From Botryllus schlosseri (Eukaryota), in NCBI GenBank assembly GCA_051294905.1, contig CM119371.1, positions 3,598,001 through 3,662,000 on the forward strand: a DNA stretch of 64,000 nucleotides, written 5' to 3'. The translations under genes were made by a program, and so were the position numbers. Under the pieces are notes generated by a model, which did not search any database, was not told where the DNA came from, and saw nothing but the letters and a program-made list of their open reading frames with translations. The first letter of the stretch is position 1. The number at the start of each line of letters is the position of its first letter. Positions 27,522 through 39,331 of the stretch are shown in pieces.

Positions 27522-29807
27522 CAGTGTTTCTTAACTTTGCCTTCAGCGCACCCAAGGGGCGTTTTGGATTTTGAAGTGAGCGGAGCGGGGAGGGGGCACT
27601 GGGCTTAGAGGGGCAGGATGACGGCGCTAATGAAAAAATTTATCGCTGTAGAGAGTGCGGTATGGACATAGTAGAACAACTTGTCCTTGTTCATATATCT
27701 CCGAGCTCTTATTGCAAATTACCATATGACAAAATTTGTCATATCTTAAAAATTTTTCCGGCCTTGTTTGCAACATGTTTCCACGTATGCAGTGACTTAT
27801 AATAATTCATGTTGAAATACAACGATCACGCTACTCGTGGTTTATTTCAACAAAGTGTTTCGAGCTAGGTATTTTATCCCGCCGCGAATAGCGTGTTGAA
27901 ATCAAAGAAAGAGGCACTGTACCACTTTTAAAAGTGAGAGTGAAAGCCAGAGCCATTTGCGTATCAAAGATGATTAAATGATTTAATAAATATATTTTTA
28001 TTTGATAGCTAAAAATTAAATCTTCAGAATATTTCTCCATCATATATACCGTAATTTTCCGAATACCGTGCGCACCCATATATAGTGCGCCCCACCCCAT
28101 GTATAATACGCACCCTTAAAATGAAGTGTATATTCTAGGAAAAAGCCTGTACCCATGTATAGTACGCACCATGCATTCGCAGTACATGAATAGTTGCGGT
28201 TTAGTATTCCATGTTGTTCTGTTTTGCGATGTCACTGTCGAACAATCATGACGTAATCATCGCTAATCATTAAACAATTAACGGCATTGTCTCTAAACGA
28301 GAGTAGATAGTAGCCAAAGCCTGTGAGGTCAGCAACGCGATAGCTCAGGCTAGCGACACACGACATCTTGCGCACGAGGCCTATTACAATTACAATTGCT
28401 CAGGCCAACAGTTATTTGGGGCACACCAGTCCTGTTGGAGAAGCGACTGATTAGTGATTACGCAAGAGATTGTATCTCGCGCACATGGCCTCTTGTGTAT
28501 GCGATTGTCAAGGCTTGTCGTTGACGCGACGAATCAACAAGGATTGCCACGCGCGCTTGTAGCAATCAGCGACCTGATTTAGCTTGCGTCTGAATGGCAT
28601 ACTAACTCAGCAAGAGATCGCATGCTTTGCAGACCACTCTCGTTAATTAGAAACACGCTTTTTGTTAATTGGCATCACACTTCTCTATTTGGCAGAGCCT
28701 TACACTCTATAATACGAATTAAGGGGCCCAATGGCAAGAGGTGATGCACAATTTGAACAAACATGAAGAAAGGTGTGATTTCAAGTTTTTGATCTAGGGA
28801 TTTTATTTTCAAGGATTGCTGAACCCATGTATAATAGGCACCCCTCTATTTTAGGGCAAAAAATCGGTAAAATTGTGCTCATTATACATGGAAAATTACG
28901 ATAATCAAGGATGGTACTGTTTAGTGTTGTGACCTGCAACCTTGGATGAAGTTTTCATAATATAGGTAGCTTTGATTAGCATACGTTTATGTTGAAGTTA
29001 ATGGACCGGATAGTATGAGCATAGTGTCCTATATGGTGTGGACACAGCCGAAGTAAACCTGATTGATTTTGGTTGACAAAAGGAACCTTTGCGGCCATTT
29101 TTTACCGGGTTGACGTGCGCCAAATTCTATAAAACGGGGATCAATGGAAAGCTATTGCGATACTGATTACGAAAATATAAGTATGATTCTGTTCATGGTC
29201 CAAGAACCCCCATAATTAGTCTAGAAATTGGCATTGTTCTCGAGTTTTGTCATTGTGTCGCAACAAAACTGTCTGTCTCTTTCTTCTCAGCTTTACTCTC
29301 GTTTTGCCAGACAGGATTGTTGCTTCACAATGAAAAAACTTGATCACAATGCGAAAACTCGATCACAATGCAAATTACTAGCCTGATTTTGCGGGGTTCC
29401 AGAACCATGAGCAGAATAAAATTTATATTTTTCGCAATCAATACAGCAGTAGTTTTTTATTGATGTCCGATTTAACGAATTATGCGCGCGGCCAGCCGGT
29501 TCAAAATGGTCGTAAAGTTGCCTTTGGTCAAATACAAAGTATGACGTAACCCAAATGCAGTGCAGCAGACAACCTAGATTCGATCTCGAATATAGCACAT
29601 ACAATTGTCAGAGCGTTAATTAGTCAAGTGGTCTTCGGGCACGATTCAAACTATTTCCAATAGTGAAGTTGCATAACAAAAAAATACCAACCATCCTTCG
29701 AACTCTTACCACTTGTTTTTACTACTGCCAAAAAAATATGGGGGTAACAGACCCAGGCAATTTTCGAAAGGGGGCGTTGCGTGGGAAAAAAAGGTTAGGA
29801 ACAACTG
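27522..29807. mobile_element. hAT (Charlie-like) non-autonomous element
   Basis: CAGTGTTTCTTAAC...GTTAGGAACAACTG with 8-bp TSD TACTATAG/TATTATAG (one mismatch). Confidence 0.65.
28049..28901. mobile_element. Tc1/mariner (Tc2-like, CCGTA-ended) MITE nested in the hAT element
   Basis: TA-CCGTAATTTTCC...GGAAAATTACGA-TA with repeated subterminal CCCATGTATAATACGCACC. Related ends occur near 24342 and 30165-30214. Confidence 0.65.
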
Positions 29808-32493
29808 TATTATAGCCTGTACCATACTACCATGTGTCACTTTTGTTTAAAAGTATATGTACCATTCACATAAAATCTGTCTAAAACGAGTTGCGGGCTA
29901 CTTATGAATCGCCTCATAGAACACTTGAACGAACACCTGATAAAGACAACAAATTTGCTATCACAACCAGGTGCAAAAATACGTCCTAATCCCTGAACTA
30001 TTTTCATCTTCAAATTAGGATAGATAATTTTAATACATTTGGTGGACCGGCACTGGTCGGCGGTTGAGAACCACTGCTGTATGGTACATGTACAGTACAT
30101 CGGGCAGGTTGCGTGCTGTGCATGGGTACTGGATTTTTCTCAGTAACTACATGCCATTTTCAGGGTACGTATTATACATGGGGGCGTAATATAGCCTACA
30201 TAGAAAATTACAGTACTGTAAACTGAGGTTACTTACGACTTCAGGGTAACTTTGGACACCAAGCAGTAAAAGATTTAATTAGCAATTAATGGGTTGCCGC
30301 TGAATGTCCAATTCTTTTTCATGAGGCAACAGTACCAAAAGTAGTCTCAATAAAAGGTGGATTCATTTCACTACAAGATAAACTTGACCCAACATTGATA
30401 AATTATTGGCGGGTGTCAATTTCATCAAAATTGATGGCCATCAAACTTCTCACCAAAAAACATTAATAGCATGTGATTGATAGACACAAAACTTGGCAGC
30501 AGATACCTCTAAGTAGTCCTAATCCACGGCAAAAATCTCAGTGGGCTCACCCTTAGATCAATACAAGAAAATGTGATGTCCAAAGTTACCCAGTCAAATT
30601 TCATCAGAATGGGGTATCTTTGGACAGTGGAAAATGTGATATTTAGAGCTCTGGAAAGTGGATGATTCATCTGTGTCAAAGTGTATCGTCAACTATATTC
30701 CTTATGACCGGCCTGATGGCTTTATAAAATGGAATGAGAAGGTTAATAAATTAGGAGTTTGCCAAAATATGAAAAAATGGGTAGGCAATGAGCTGAGATA
30801 GTGAGATATTGTAATCGGGTGTAAGCTACTTGAAAAACATATCACATTTGGTACTCCTAAATATGCGCATGCAGAGTAAGGGATATCATAAATTACGACA
30901 AATATATACATCAGAGGACATAGGAAAGGGAAAGTGTATCTTTTAGAGAACATTAATATATTTGAAATCGGCAATAAATCACGGTAAAATGCATAATGTA
31001 TGCTGTCGATTGATGACACTGCCAGTGGGATACCCCTTATCCCCATACGTCATTTATAAATCCTAATTGGTAAAGGCATGAGGGAAAAAATGAGATAATG
31101 GATGAATAAGGGGGTATTAGCCTGGTAATTAGCCTGGTAGCCTGGCCTATGCAATATTTTGTTTCAGTTTTAGTCACTGCTCTTATCAACTCTTACCAAA
31201 TAAACCACATTTACGAGGTTTCATAAACAGTAGAGTGTAAAGGCATACTAAAGGCATACATTTTTCACAGTTACCCCACATGCATGGGGTAACTTTGGAC
31301 ACGGATAATTTACAAAAATGAAGTACTTATTTATAACAATGAAGATTTTGGATTAGGTCATTCTAATCTTTGTTCCATGACCCCCGAAAAACACAAAACT
31401 TGCATCCCCTTCACCCTAGCATTTCCAAGATACAAAGCGGAATTGTTGAAAATTGTCCAAAGTTACCCCGGTCTATGGTGCCACCCAATAACCTATTACA
31501 TTTTATAAACGGAATAAAACTTAGAACAGTGTTTAAAATTAGGATATTTTGAGGGACGTGCAAAACCAAAGAAAAACCAGTACATGTGCACGTACTTGTA
31601 CATGTACACGGATACCATCTTCGTGAATATCACTGAAAAGTAGAGGCATAACGTTACTGATTACCTCTGGTCTAGTCTTTAAAAGAGCCGATAAAGATAT
31701 TTTTACCTTTTTAATAGAGAGTTGAATCGGAAAAGTTTGGGAAACACTGACACTAATTTTATATTGAATCCTTGCAATGGTGCCAGTCAGTCATAAAACA
31801 TATTTGCCAGATCACCTTGTCTAAACATAGTATAGAAGAATCTCTTGAACATAGCAATGAAATGAGCTCAGGAGTCGAACCTGCTTAGAACACAACAAGC
31901 CTCAAAACAAGTCAACGATATAAAAATGAAATATTTTTAGTGTAATTCTGTCTACACAAATTGCAAACGCTAGTTTCAAGAGGAAAAAATCGCCTACATC
32001 TGACTGCGATACACATTACTGTGACAACTTCAAAAGTAGGCCTAATTTATATTAACATCTCATTTGCTTAACATTCAGCGTTACAATATATATAGCTTTC
32101 ATATGGCAAAAATGAAAGGGATACTCCCGTGATTTCAATGAGCAATGACCTCAAACTTGAGTTGAGCTGGTTCCGTTCACAAATAACACAAATAACTTGA
32201 AAGATATGGCCATGATAATATTTGTTGATTCACTGGCCTCAATTGAGTTCCGCCACTCAATTGGGCAATTGTGGGTTTAAGATGCGGCAGTTACGTATTG
32301 TGTTCCACTACTAGAAGTGCTATATAGTGTCGCGAGCTTTTTTCTCTCTCCTGAGAGAGAGTGCCGCAAGGTCCAAAGGTTGAGAACTACTGATATAAAA
32401 GTCCCGTTGTTAAAATATTCGAACCGGTCATGTCCCTCTCCTAAATTAGGCTACTAGTCAGTAAATTCTTAGAAATTGCTGCTATTACTATAT

Positions 32494-33012
32494 TAGGCTT
32501 ACCATATTTCGGAAATGAAAAAAGAGGACACTTTTTCAGAAATTTCAGACATGCAAAACTGGAGATGAATTCTCAAAAACTGGTAAATTTTACCCGCTGC
32601 ATGATCGGTTGACTAAAAAAAAAAAAGGTCTTCACTTCCGCTCAGATCTCAAAATAACGTTTTTTACTCTACATTGCCAGTTGGATGACTAAAAAAAAAT
32701 AAAAAAAAAGGTCATCACTTCCGCTCAGAGCTCAAAAACACGTTTTTCACTCCACATTGCTAGGTGGATGACTAAAAAAAAAAGGTCTTCATTTCGCTCA
32801 GAGCTGAAATCACCGCTTTTTCCTCCGAAATACCCGCCGGAGCTTCACTTCTGCGCCAATTTGCGGCATATCACTCGCAATTTCCTCTATATCTGACCTA
32901 AATTTTCAAAAAAGAGGACAAAATCTCAAAAAAGAGGACAAAAGGGCGTCCTCCGAGGACACTTTCAAAAAAGAGGACAAATCCTCTTAAAAGAGGACGT
33001 ATGGTAAGCCTA
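32494..33012. mobile_element. hAT (Tip100-like) MITE
   Basis: TIR TAGGCTTACCATA...TATGGTAAGCCTA with perfect TSD TACTATAT. Internal AAAAGAGGAC and GACTAAAAAAAAAGGTC repeats. Confidence 0.85.
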
Positions 33013-33927
33013 TACTATATTCTCGATTTAAGGCAGGGGCACCAAACTCAAACTCGGCCACATTGGTATGACGAGCCAGATATCGGCCTCACTCAATGCG
33101 ATATTCTCTCCCAGTTCCCAATCTAATCTATCCCAATCCAAATCTACGCGTCTAAACTTTGTTAGACATATTTCTCTATCGCCCTCATCGGACTCATATC
33201 ACTATTCCGCTCAAACTTTTGTTATATTCTGGCTGTTACTGAAAGGCAGTGGCTACTCGTCCGGACCCGGACGAATAATTTTCTCAGGCTATTCGTCCGG
33301 CACCGTGTGACGTAGGCCCGTTACTATGGAGACTGTATGCGTTTTTGAGAGGCTTCGGTTTTGTACATTATTTATTCGCCCTTCTGGTTACTGATTTCAA
33401 TGGTTACTGTTACTGATTTGTATGCTCATAATTATAGCTCCGAGGGAAAGTTTACGCCATACTAATAATTGCAAATAGCTGTGGTGAAAGTACCAGAACT
33501 TGACGCCCACCTTTACCTTTACAAGAGATGTTTACCTACGCTTAATGTAGTAAGAACAAGTAGGATAGTGATTTGTAAGCTCATAATTGGAGCTCCGAGG
33601 GAATGTTTGCGCCATACGAAGAGCTCCAAAGTGCTATCGTTAAATAACCGGATGCAGTCAGAACACGAACGATTCGCTGAAATTCTTGCTGTCTCCACCT
33701 ATTTCTGAACTCATGCAAGCGCCATTGACCTAACCAATTGTACGTGAACTTGCACAGCTAAGACGGAATTGTCACCTCTGCTGTACTACGAGTACTCATA
33801 CTTGATGTTGCTGCGCAGTAATGATTGGAATACCAACTGAGAGAGACTGTGCGTCTTTATTTTCATACAACAGAAATACAGAACAAATGGACAGCAGCAA
33901 TGATCATACAGAAAACATGTGCATGCA

Positions 33928-34352
33928 CAGTATTTGATGTCGGATAGAAGAGATCGATACAGCCATGGAAGTCAAGTGGTCTGATAAAACCCGCATGAAA
34001 CAAGTATGCCTACATTGTCTCTGCATCATCTGACTGTAACAAATCGTAGTTGAAAAGATGAAGAAAAATTAAATGATAGCAAATGAATGAATGAAGCTAT
34101 GTCTGGGCGAAGTAGGGCAATAGTGTTAATAGGAGAAAAATACCAGTATTTGGTGTCGGATAGGAGAGATCGATACAGCCTTGGAAGTCAAGTGGTCTGA
34201 TAAAAACCCCATGAAACGAGTATATGCCTACATTGTCTCTGCATCATCCGTCTGTAACGAATTGTAGCTGAAAAGATGAAGAAAAATTAAATGATAGCAA
34301 ATGAATGAATGAATGAAGCAATGTCTGGGCAAAGTAGGGCAACAGTGTTAAT
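33928..34352. repeat. ~216-bp direct tandem duplication inside the MULE
   Basis: CAGTATTTG(A/G)TGTCGGATAG(A/G)AGAGATCGATACAGCC at 33928 and 34144, collinear thereafter. Confidence 0.85.
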
Positions 34353-34898
34353 ACGACTATCAGAGGTAATCAGGTAGGTCAAGAGTGTTAATAGGACTAT
34401 CAGAGGTAATTAGGTATGGCAAGAGTGTTATTACGGTGACAAGAGGTAATGAGGTAATTTTTTTTATAATCTGCCATACAGCAGTTCACAGATGGTAATC
34501 CATTCAAAATGATCGGTCAGTCGATAGATCTCTTGGTTAGGTAACTATTAAATGGGCCCAAGTAGATATTTCCCTTCGATGAGGGTCCTGTATTAAGGGA
34601 GTGAACAACTTAAGCAGGTATGAAAAAGTCATCGAACACATACGACAAACTGTTCGAAAAATATTTGTGTACAACTTCAATGTTTATATGATCATTGGGT
34701 GTTAATCTGGTATGCATGCTGGCATTTCCGCACATTCCTTATTGCAGGTGACAGTAAATGCTGTGCATACAATTTGCTGCTTTCAAGATATTCAAGCATT
34801 GATAGCGTGTTTTCACTGGGAACATCAATCATGAAAACTAAGTAGCCTACTTTCAATGTCAAAGTTGCCGCTACATATTTTTCTAACAGAGGCATCTG

Positions 34899-35470
34899 TT
34901 ATTTTTTGCAGCGGCCACAGAACCATTTGTTTTGTTTAGGGTAAGTGTTTAGTCCAGCACATAGAAGATGATCCCGGTTGAGACAGGAGTCGCAACGAAT
35001 TGAATTGCTCTTTGTAAGTTGAAGGTCGCATACTCCACAGTACCAGTCTTTCTGACTATATTTACTTTGGAATGCCTTCATCACAGCAGCCCATCCATCA
35101 TATGCGAAGTAATTCTTGATGTGGAGTATATTCACAGTCTCATCAAGGCAGCTGTTGGGGATGAGACGAGTGTCAGACGTGACAGACTTACTGCCCAATT
35201 TCTTTCCATACACTGCTTCATTAGTGTCAGATGGTGATACAAACCATGACAGCATCACTGTGAATAAGGCAGAAGTGAAATTTGCTGAAGTTCTGCATGA
35301 AATAAACTTACATCGGTCTCTGTCTTTAGGATGTATTTTTTTAAATGGAACTGGAGTGTCACATTTCTTCTTCTTCGGAAGGCCAACCACAGTTTGTTCC
35401 AAGCCTTTTGGGCGTCCTCTTTTTTCAGTTTTGATGGCAGATGAATGTTGGAAAGATCTGAAACAGCAAG
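34899..35470 (-). pseudogene. 3' remnant of MULE-associated protein with C-terminal PHD finger
   Basis: KRGRPKG basic motif followed by WYCGVC...IRCDSC...HLLCAGL...WFCGRC (C4HC3 PHD pattern). Confidence 0.75.
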
Positions 35471-35837
35471 ATCAGTTTTACTATAGTGTAGCAAGATAAA
35501 GTTTGGATTTATTTGACACCAACCCGTGAACTTGTCTGGTGTCATGGTGATTTTGCTACAGTCTAAGGACACTGCTGGGGTGCTATTTTCTGCATCACAG
35601 ACTTCGGACACTGCTATAGCGCAATCTGAAGGTAAACAAACATGCAAACATCATGAAATTGCAACATACATCTAAATCCAGTGAGTATAGTGACCTGGTC
35701 TGTGATTTAAGATAATTTCGAGCTAAAAAGGGGGCACTTCTTCGTTATTCTCCACACATCAGGAAGTGGTCTCCATGAAACCAATGCTTCCTATGAACAT
35801 GTGAGAATTTATAAACGTTAAAATAAATTGATTTTCG

Positions 35838-37315
35838 CGTTGGGGTGGGGGATATTAGGGTCGGGTGGGTTAGGATTGGGGTGGCGGGATTGTGGTTGCA
35901 TGTGTGGGGTTAGGATTGGGGTGTCGGGGTTGCATGTGTGGGGTTAGGATTGGGGTGTCGGCACGCGTGGGGTTAGGGGTGTCGTAAGATGAAGTGGTGG
36001 GGTTGCAGTTGCATGTGTCGGGTTGCGTATGCGTAAGATGAGGTGGTGGGGTTGCAGTTGCATGTGTCGGGTTGCGTATGCGTAAGATGAGGTAGTGGGG
36101 TTGCAGTTGCATGTGTCGGGTTGCGTATGCGTAAGATGAGGTGGTAGGGTTTCAGTTGCATGTGTGGGGTTAGGATTGGGGGGTCAGCACGCGTGGGTTA
36201 GGATTAGGGTGTCGTAAGATGAGGTTGCATGTGTGGGGTTGCGTATGCGTAAATGGGGTTACAGTTGCATGTGTGGGGGTTGCGTATGCGGGGTTAGGAT
36301 AGGGGTGGCTGGGTTGCGGTTGCATGTGTGGGGTTAGAAGGGTGTCGTAAGATGAGGTTGCATGTGTGGGGTTGCGTATGCGTAAAATGGGGTTACAGTT
36401 GCATGTGTGGGGGTTGCGTATGCGGGGTTAGGATAGGGGTGGCAGGGTTGCGCGTGTGGGGTTGCGTATGCGTAAAATGAGGTGGTGGGGTTACAGTTGC
36501 ATGTGTGGGGTTTGCATGTGTTGGGTTGCGTATGCGGGGTTAGGATAGGGGTGGCAGGGTTGCGGTTGCATGTGTGGGGTTAGAAGGGTGTCGTAAGATG
36601 AGGTTGCATGTGTGGGGTTAGGATTAGGGTGTCGTAAGATGAGGTGGTGGGGTTGCAGTTGCATGTGTGGGGTGAGGTGGTGGGGGTGTGGTTGCAGTTG
36701 CGTGTGCGGGGTTGCGTATGCGTAAAATGAGGTGGTGGGGTTACAGTTGCATGTGTGGGGTTTGCATGTGTTGGGTTGCGTATGCGGGGTTAGGATAGGG
36801 GTGGCAGGGTTGCGGTTGCATGTGTGGGGTTAGAAGGGTGTCGTAGATGGGGTTAGGATTAGGGTGGGGGCGTGGTTGCAGTTGCGTGTGCGGGGTTAGG
36901 ATAGGGGTTGCGGTTGCATGTGTGGGGTTAGGGATTGGGGTGTCAGCACGTGTGGGTTAGGATTAGGGTGTCGTAAGATGAGGTGGTGGGGTGTGCGGGG
37001 TTGCGTATGCGTAAAATGAGGTGGTGGGGTTACAGTTGCATGTGTGGGGTTTGCATGTGTTGGGTTGCGTATGCGGGGTTAGGATAGGGGTGGCAGGGTT
37101 GCGGTTGCATGTGTGGGGTTAGAAGGGTGTCGTAAGATGAGGTTGCATGTGTGGGGTTAGGATTAGGGTGGGGGTGTGGTTGCAGTTGCGTGGTTAGGAT
37201 AGGGGTTGCGGTTGCATGTGTGGGGTTAGGGATTGGGGTGTCAGCACGTGTGGGTTAGGATTAGGGTGTCGTAAGATGAGGTGGTGGGGTGTCATAGGAA
37301 TGGGTTGGGGTTTAG
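35838..37315. repeat. GT-rich modular minisatellite with telomere-like GGGTTAGG units
   Basis: Shuffled modules GGGGTTGCAGTTGCATGTGT, GGGTTGCGTATGCGTAAGATGAGGTGGT and GGGTTAGGATTAGGGTGTC. Confidence 0.95.
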
Positions 37316-37444
37316 GCTGAGGCTAATTTAACCCTAATTTCACGATACCAAGACTACAAAATGCTCATGGGGAACATTGCTTCTTCATGTTCATGTGGTT
37401 GTGGACCCGGTGGAAATTCCGTATCATACGTAACGCTTACTTAC

Positions 37445-37725
37445 CGTTGGTTAGGTCGTAGACCCTTAGATAAGCTCTGAAATCTGCGGCCGCCGTGGAT
37501 GCAGTGAAAAGATATCTGGCCATACTTGAGCGCATCATTGAAATTTCGCCGAGTGGTTCGCTTTCTTACTGCATCGAGCGTACGTGAATTTCTCTTGTAG
37601 AGCTGGACGTAATTTTCTTTCTGGTATTTCTCCAAAGCACTTTTTAAGTCTTCATAAGAGGCGAACCTACTCTCGGAATCCATGCCGCAGTTACGGCCCA
37701 CAGTTCCGGAAATCCCGGCACCCAT
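37445..37725 (-). pseudogene. 5' exon of MULE-type transposase (ZSWIM3/FAR1-like N-terminal DNA-binding region)
   Basis: FASYEDLKSALEKYQKENYVQLYKRNSRTL...LKYGQISFHCIHGGR..GLRPNQ, ending at donor CG|GTAAGT just inside the TIR. Confidence 0.75.
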
Positions 37726-38652
37726 TCTGCAGTTGCGGCATGCTTACGCCGGACGAATAGCCTGAGGAACTTTATTCGTCCGGGTCCGGACGAGTAGACA
37801 CTTCCTTACTGAAAAGGCTTCTGACCCCAGCGGCAGTTCAATCTCCTACACTGCAAAACCATTACGTCTGTATATTTTTCGAAGGAAAATGCTGTACCCA
37901 GGTTGTTGCTGCCGGTACGGTACTCTCTTGTTATTGCATTATGACGTTTCTCACTTAACAGAAGGTTTAACCTTAGGTCACGGGAAAGTGACACGGCCAC
38001 CGTTCATCGCGTATGAATCATAAGCTGTATTAGTTTGTAATTTGAGCGGACATGAATTTCTATGTCCTAATTCAATCCAAATCCGACAAAATTTCACAAA
38101 TCCTGTTTTTTCAAATCCTAATCCTAAGCCATGCTCCTGGCGTCCTTCTGGCGTTCCTTCTTCGCCAACGCCTCTACACCCTTGGAATATTTCAATAATG
38201 TTGTGTGCTGTTTTCTAGGTTATTTATAACCGAATATGTGCTCGTTAACGTTTGTTTTGTATCGTTACTACCGTATCTTGCCTGTCTACTAGTTGTTTTG
38301 TATGTTATTATTACGTCATAGACACAAAATAGTTATTACATTTCGAATCTGATCCACCCTATCACTGACGTTCGCTACTGAGGGTCAGTCGAAAAGCTTT
38401 TAGCGAATAAATTACCAATATGATGGTATTGTTTCGCGAATGCGTAATTTAATGCGGCTACTCGTCACATACATCGGATACGACTGCCAATTAAACCACG
38501 TAATAGTTCGTCTGTCATAGATCAGAAAAGAATAAAATAAAGTGAAATTGATCGTCTTTGGGCGATTGAGCATCCGAGACTGTAAAAACCTTTTCAGCGT
38601 GCAAATAAGCAGGCTATGCGATGCCTGCCATGTTATCTCATTGTGTTTTCGG

Positions 38653-38917
38653 CAGAGGTTGTCAGTAACGAAGTACTTCTACTATTTGAAGTACTTGAAG
38701 TAGATTCTGCCTACTCACACTACTTTTTAAGTAGTTATGATTTTAGACTACTTCTACTTCTACTTGACAGTTTTCAGTTTTGTTTGCAAAAATATGCGTG
38801 GAATACCTATTTACTACTTACTTGTGAACCACCAATCCTACTTCTACTTGACTAGAAATGCCGGCGTTACTTCTAATTCTACTTGCGTAGCGACGGTGAC
38901 TACTTTCACCAACTCTG
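38653..38917. mobile_element. hAT-type MITE with CTACTT repeats (dispersed family)
   Basis: CAGAGGTTGTCA...CACCAACTCTG with TSD GTTTTCGG/GTTTTCTG. Related ends occur near 711, 2607-5292, 10075-10318 and 31650. Confidence 0.7.
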
Positions 38918-39331
38918 GTTTTCTGCTGAGTGAAGCATTAAACGAAAATCGTTCGGGATACGCGTGTCATCAGTTGAGCTCATTTTTTGATAAAATGCAT
39001 TAGTTAAAAGGTTGATTGAATACTAAGGTGTGGAGGTTTTGTAAGAGAAGGCATATGTAAAATCCATATGCTTCGCATAAAAACCCAATGATCATTGTGA
39101 ATTTGAAATTGTACTTTGTAATGATGCGGAAAGTGCCACCAGATAAAGATTGAAGGTTGTAACTAAGTCGCATGGTTTCGAGTCACAAGTCAACCTCTTT
39201 CTTATAGTTTTGCCTCGAGTCGAGTCGTCATTTTCAATTCACCACCAAGTCAAGTCCGAGTCCAAGTCATTGTGTTGGCTTCTAATTTTCTACTGAAAGA
39301 CTAGTTGCACCCACTTTTTATAACTCTGGTG

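Larger units (their letters stand above)
33245..37805 (-). mobile_element. Mutator-like element (MULE), internally deleted
   Basis: ~55-60 bp TIRs (GGCAGTGGCTACTCGTCCGGACCCGGACGAATAA... / ...TTATTCGTCCGGGTCCGGACGAGTAGACACTTCC) and perfect 9-bp TSD TTACTGAAA (33236-33244 and 37806-37814). Transposase-gene remnants lie on the minus strand. Confidence 0.88.

Noticed and set aside
35838..37315. Telomere or CRISPR-like array; ORFs 35870-36161
   Set aside because: There is no pure (TTAGGG)n tract and no constant repeat with unique spacers. It is an internal satellite within a TIR/TSD-bounded element, and the ORFs are repeat translations.
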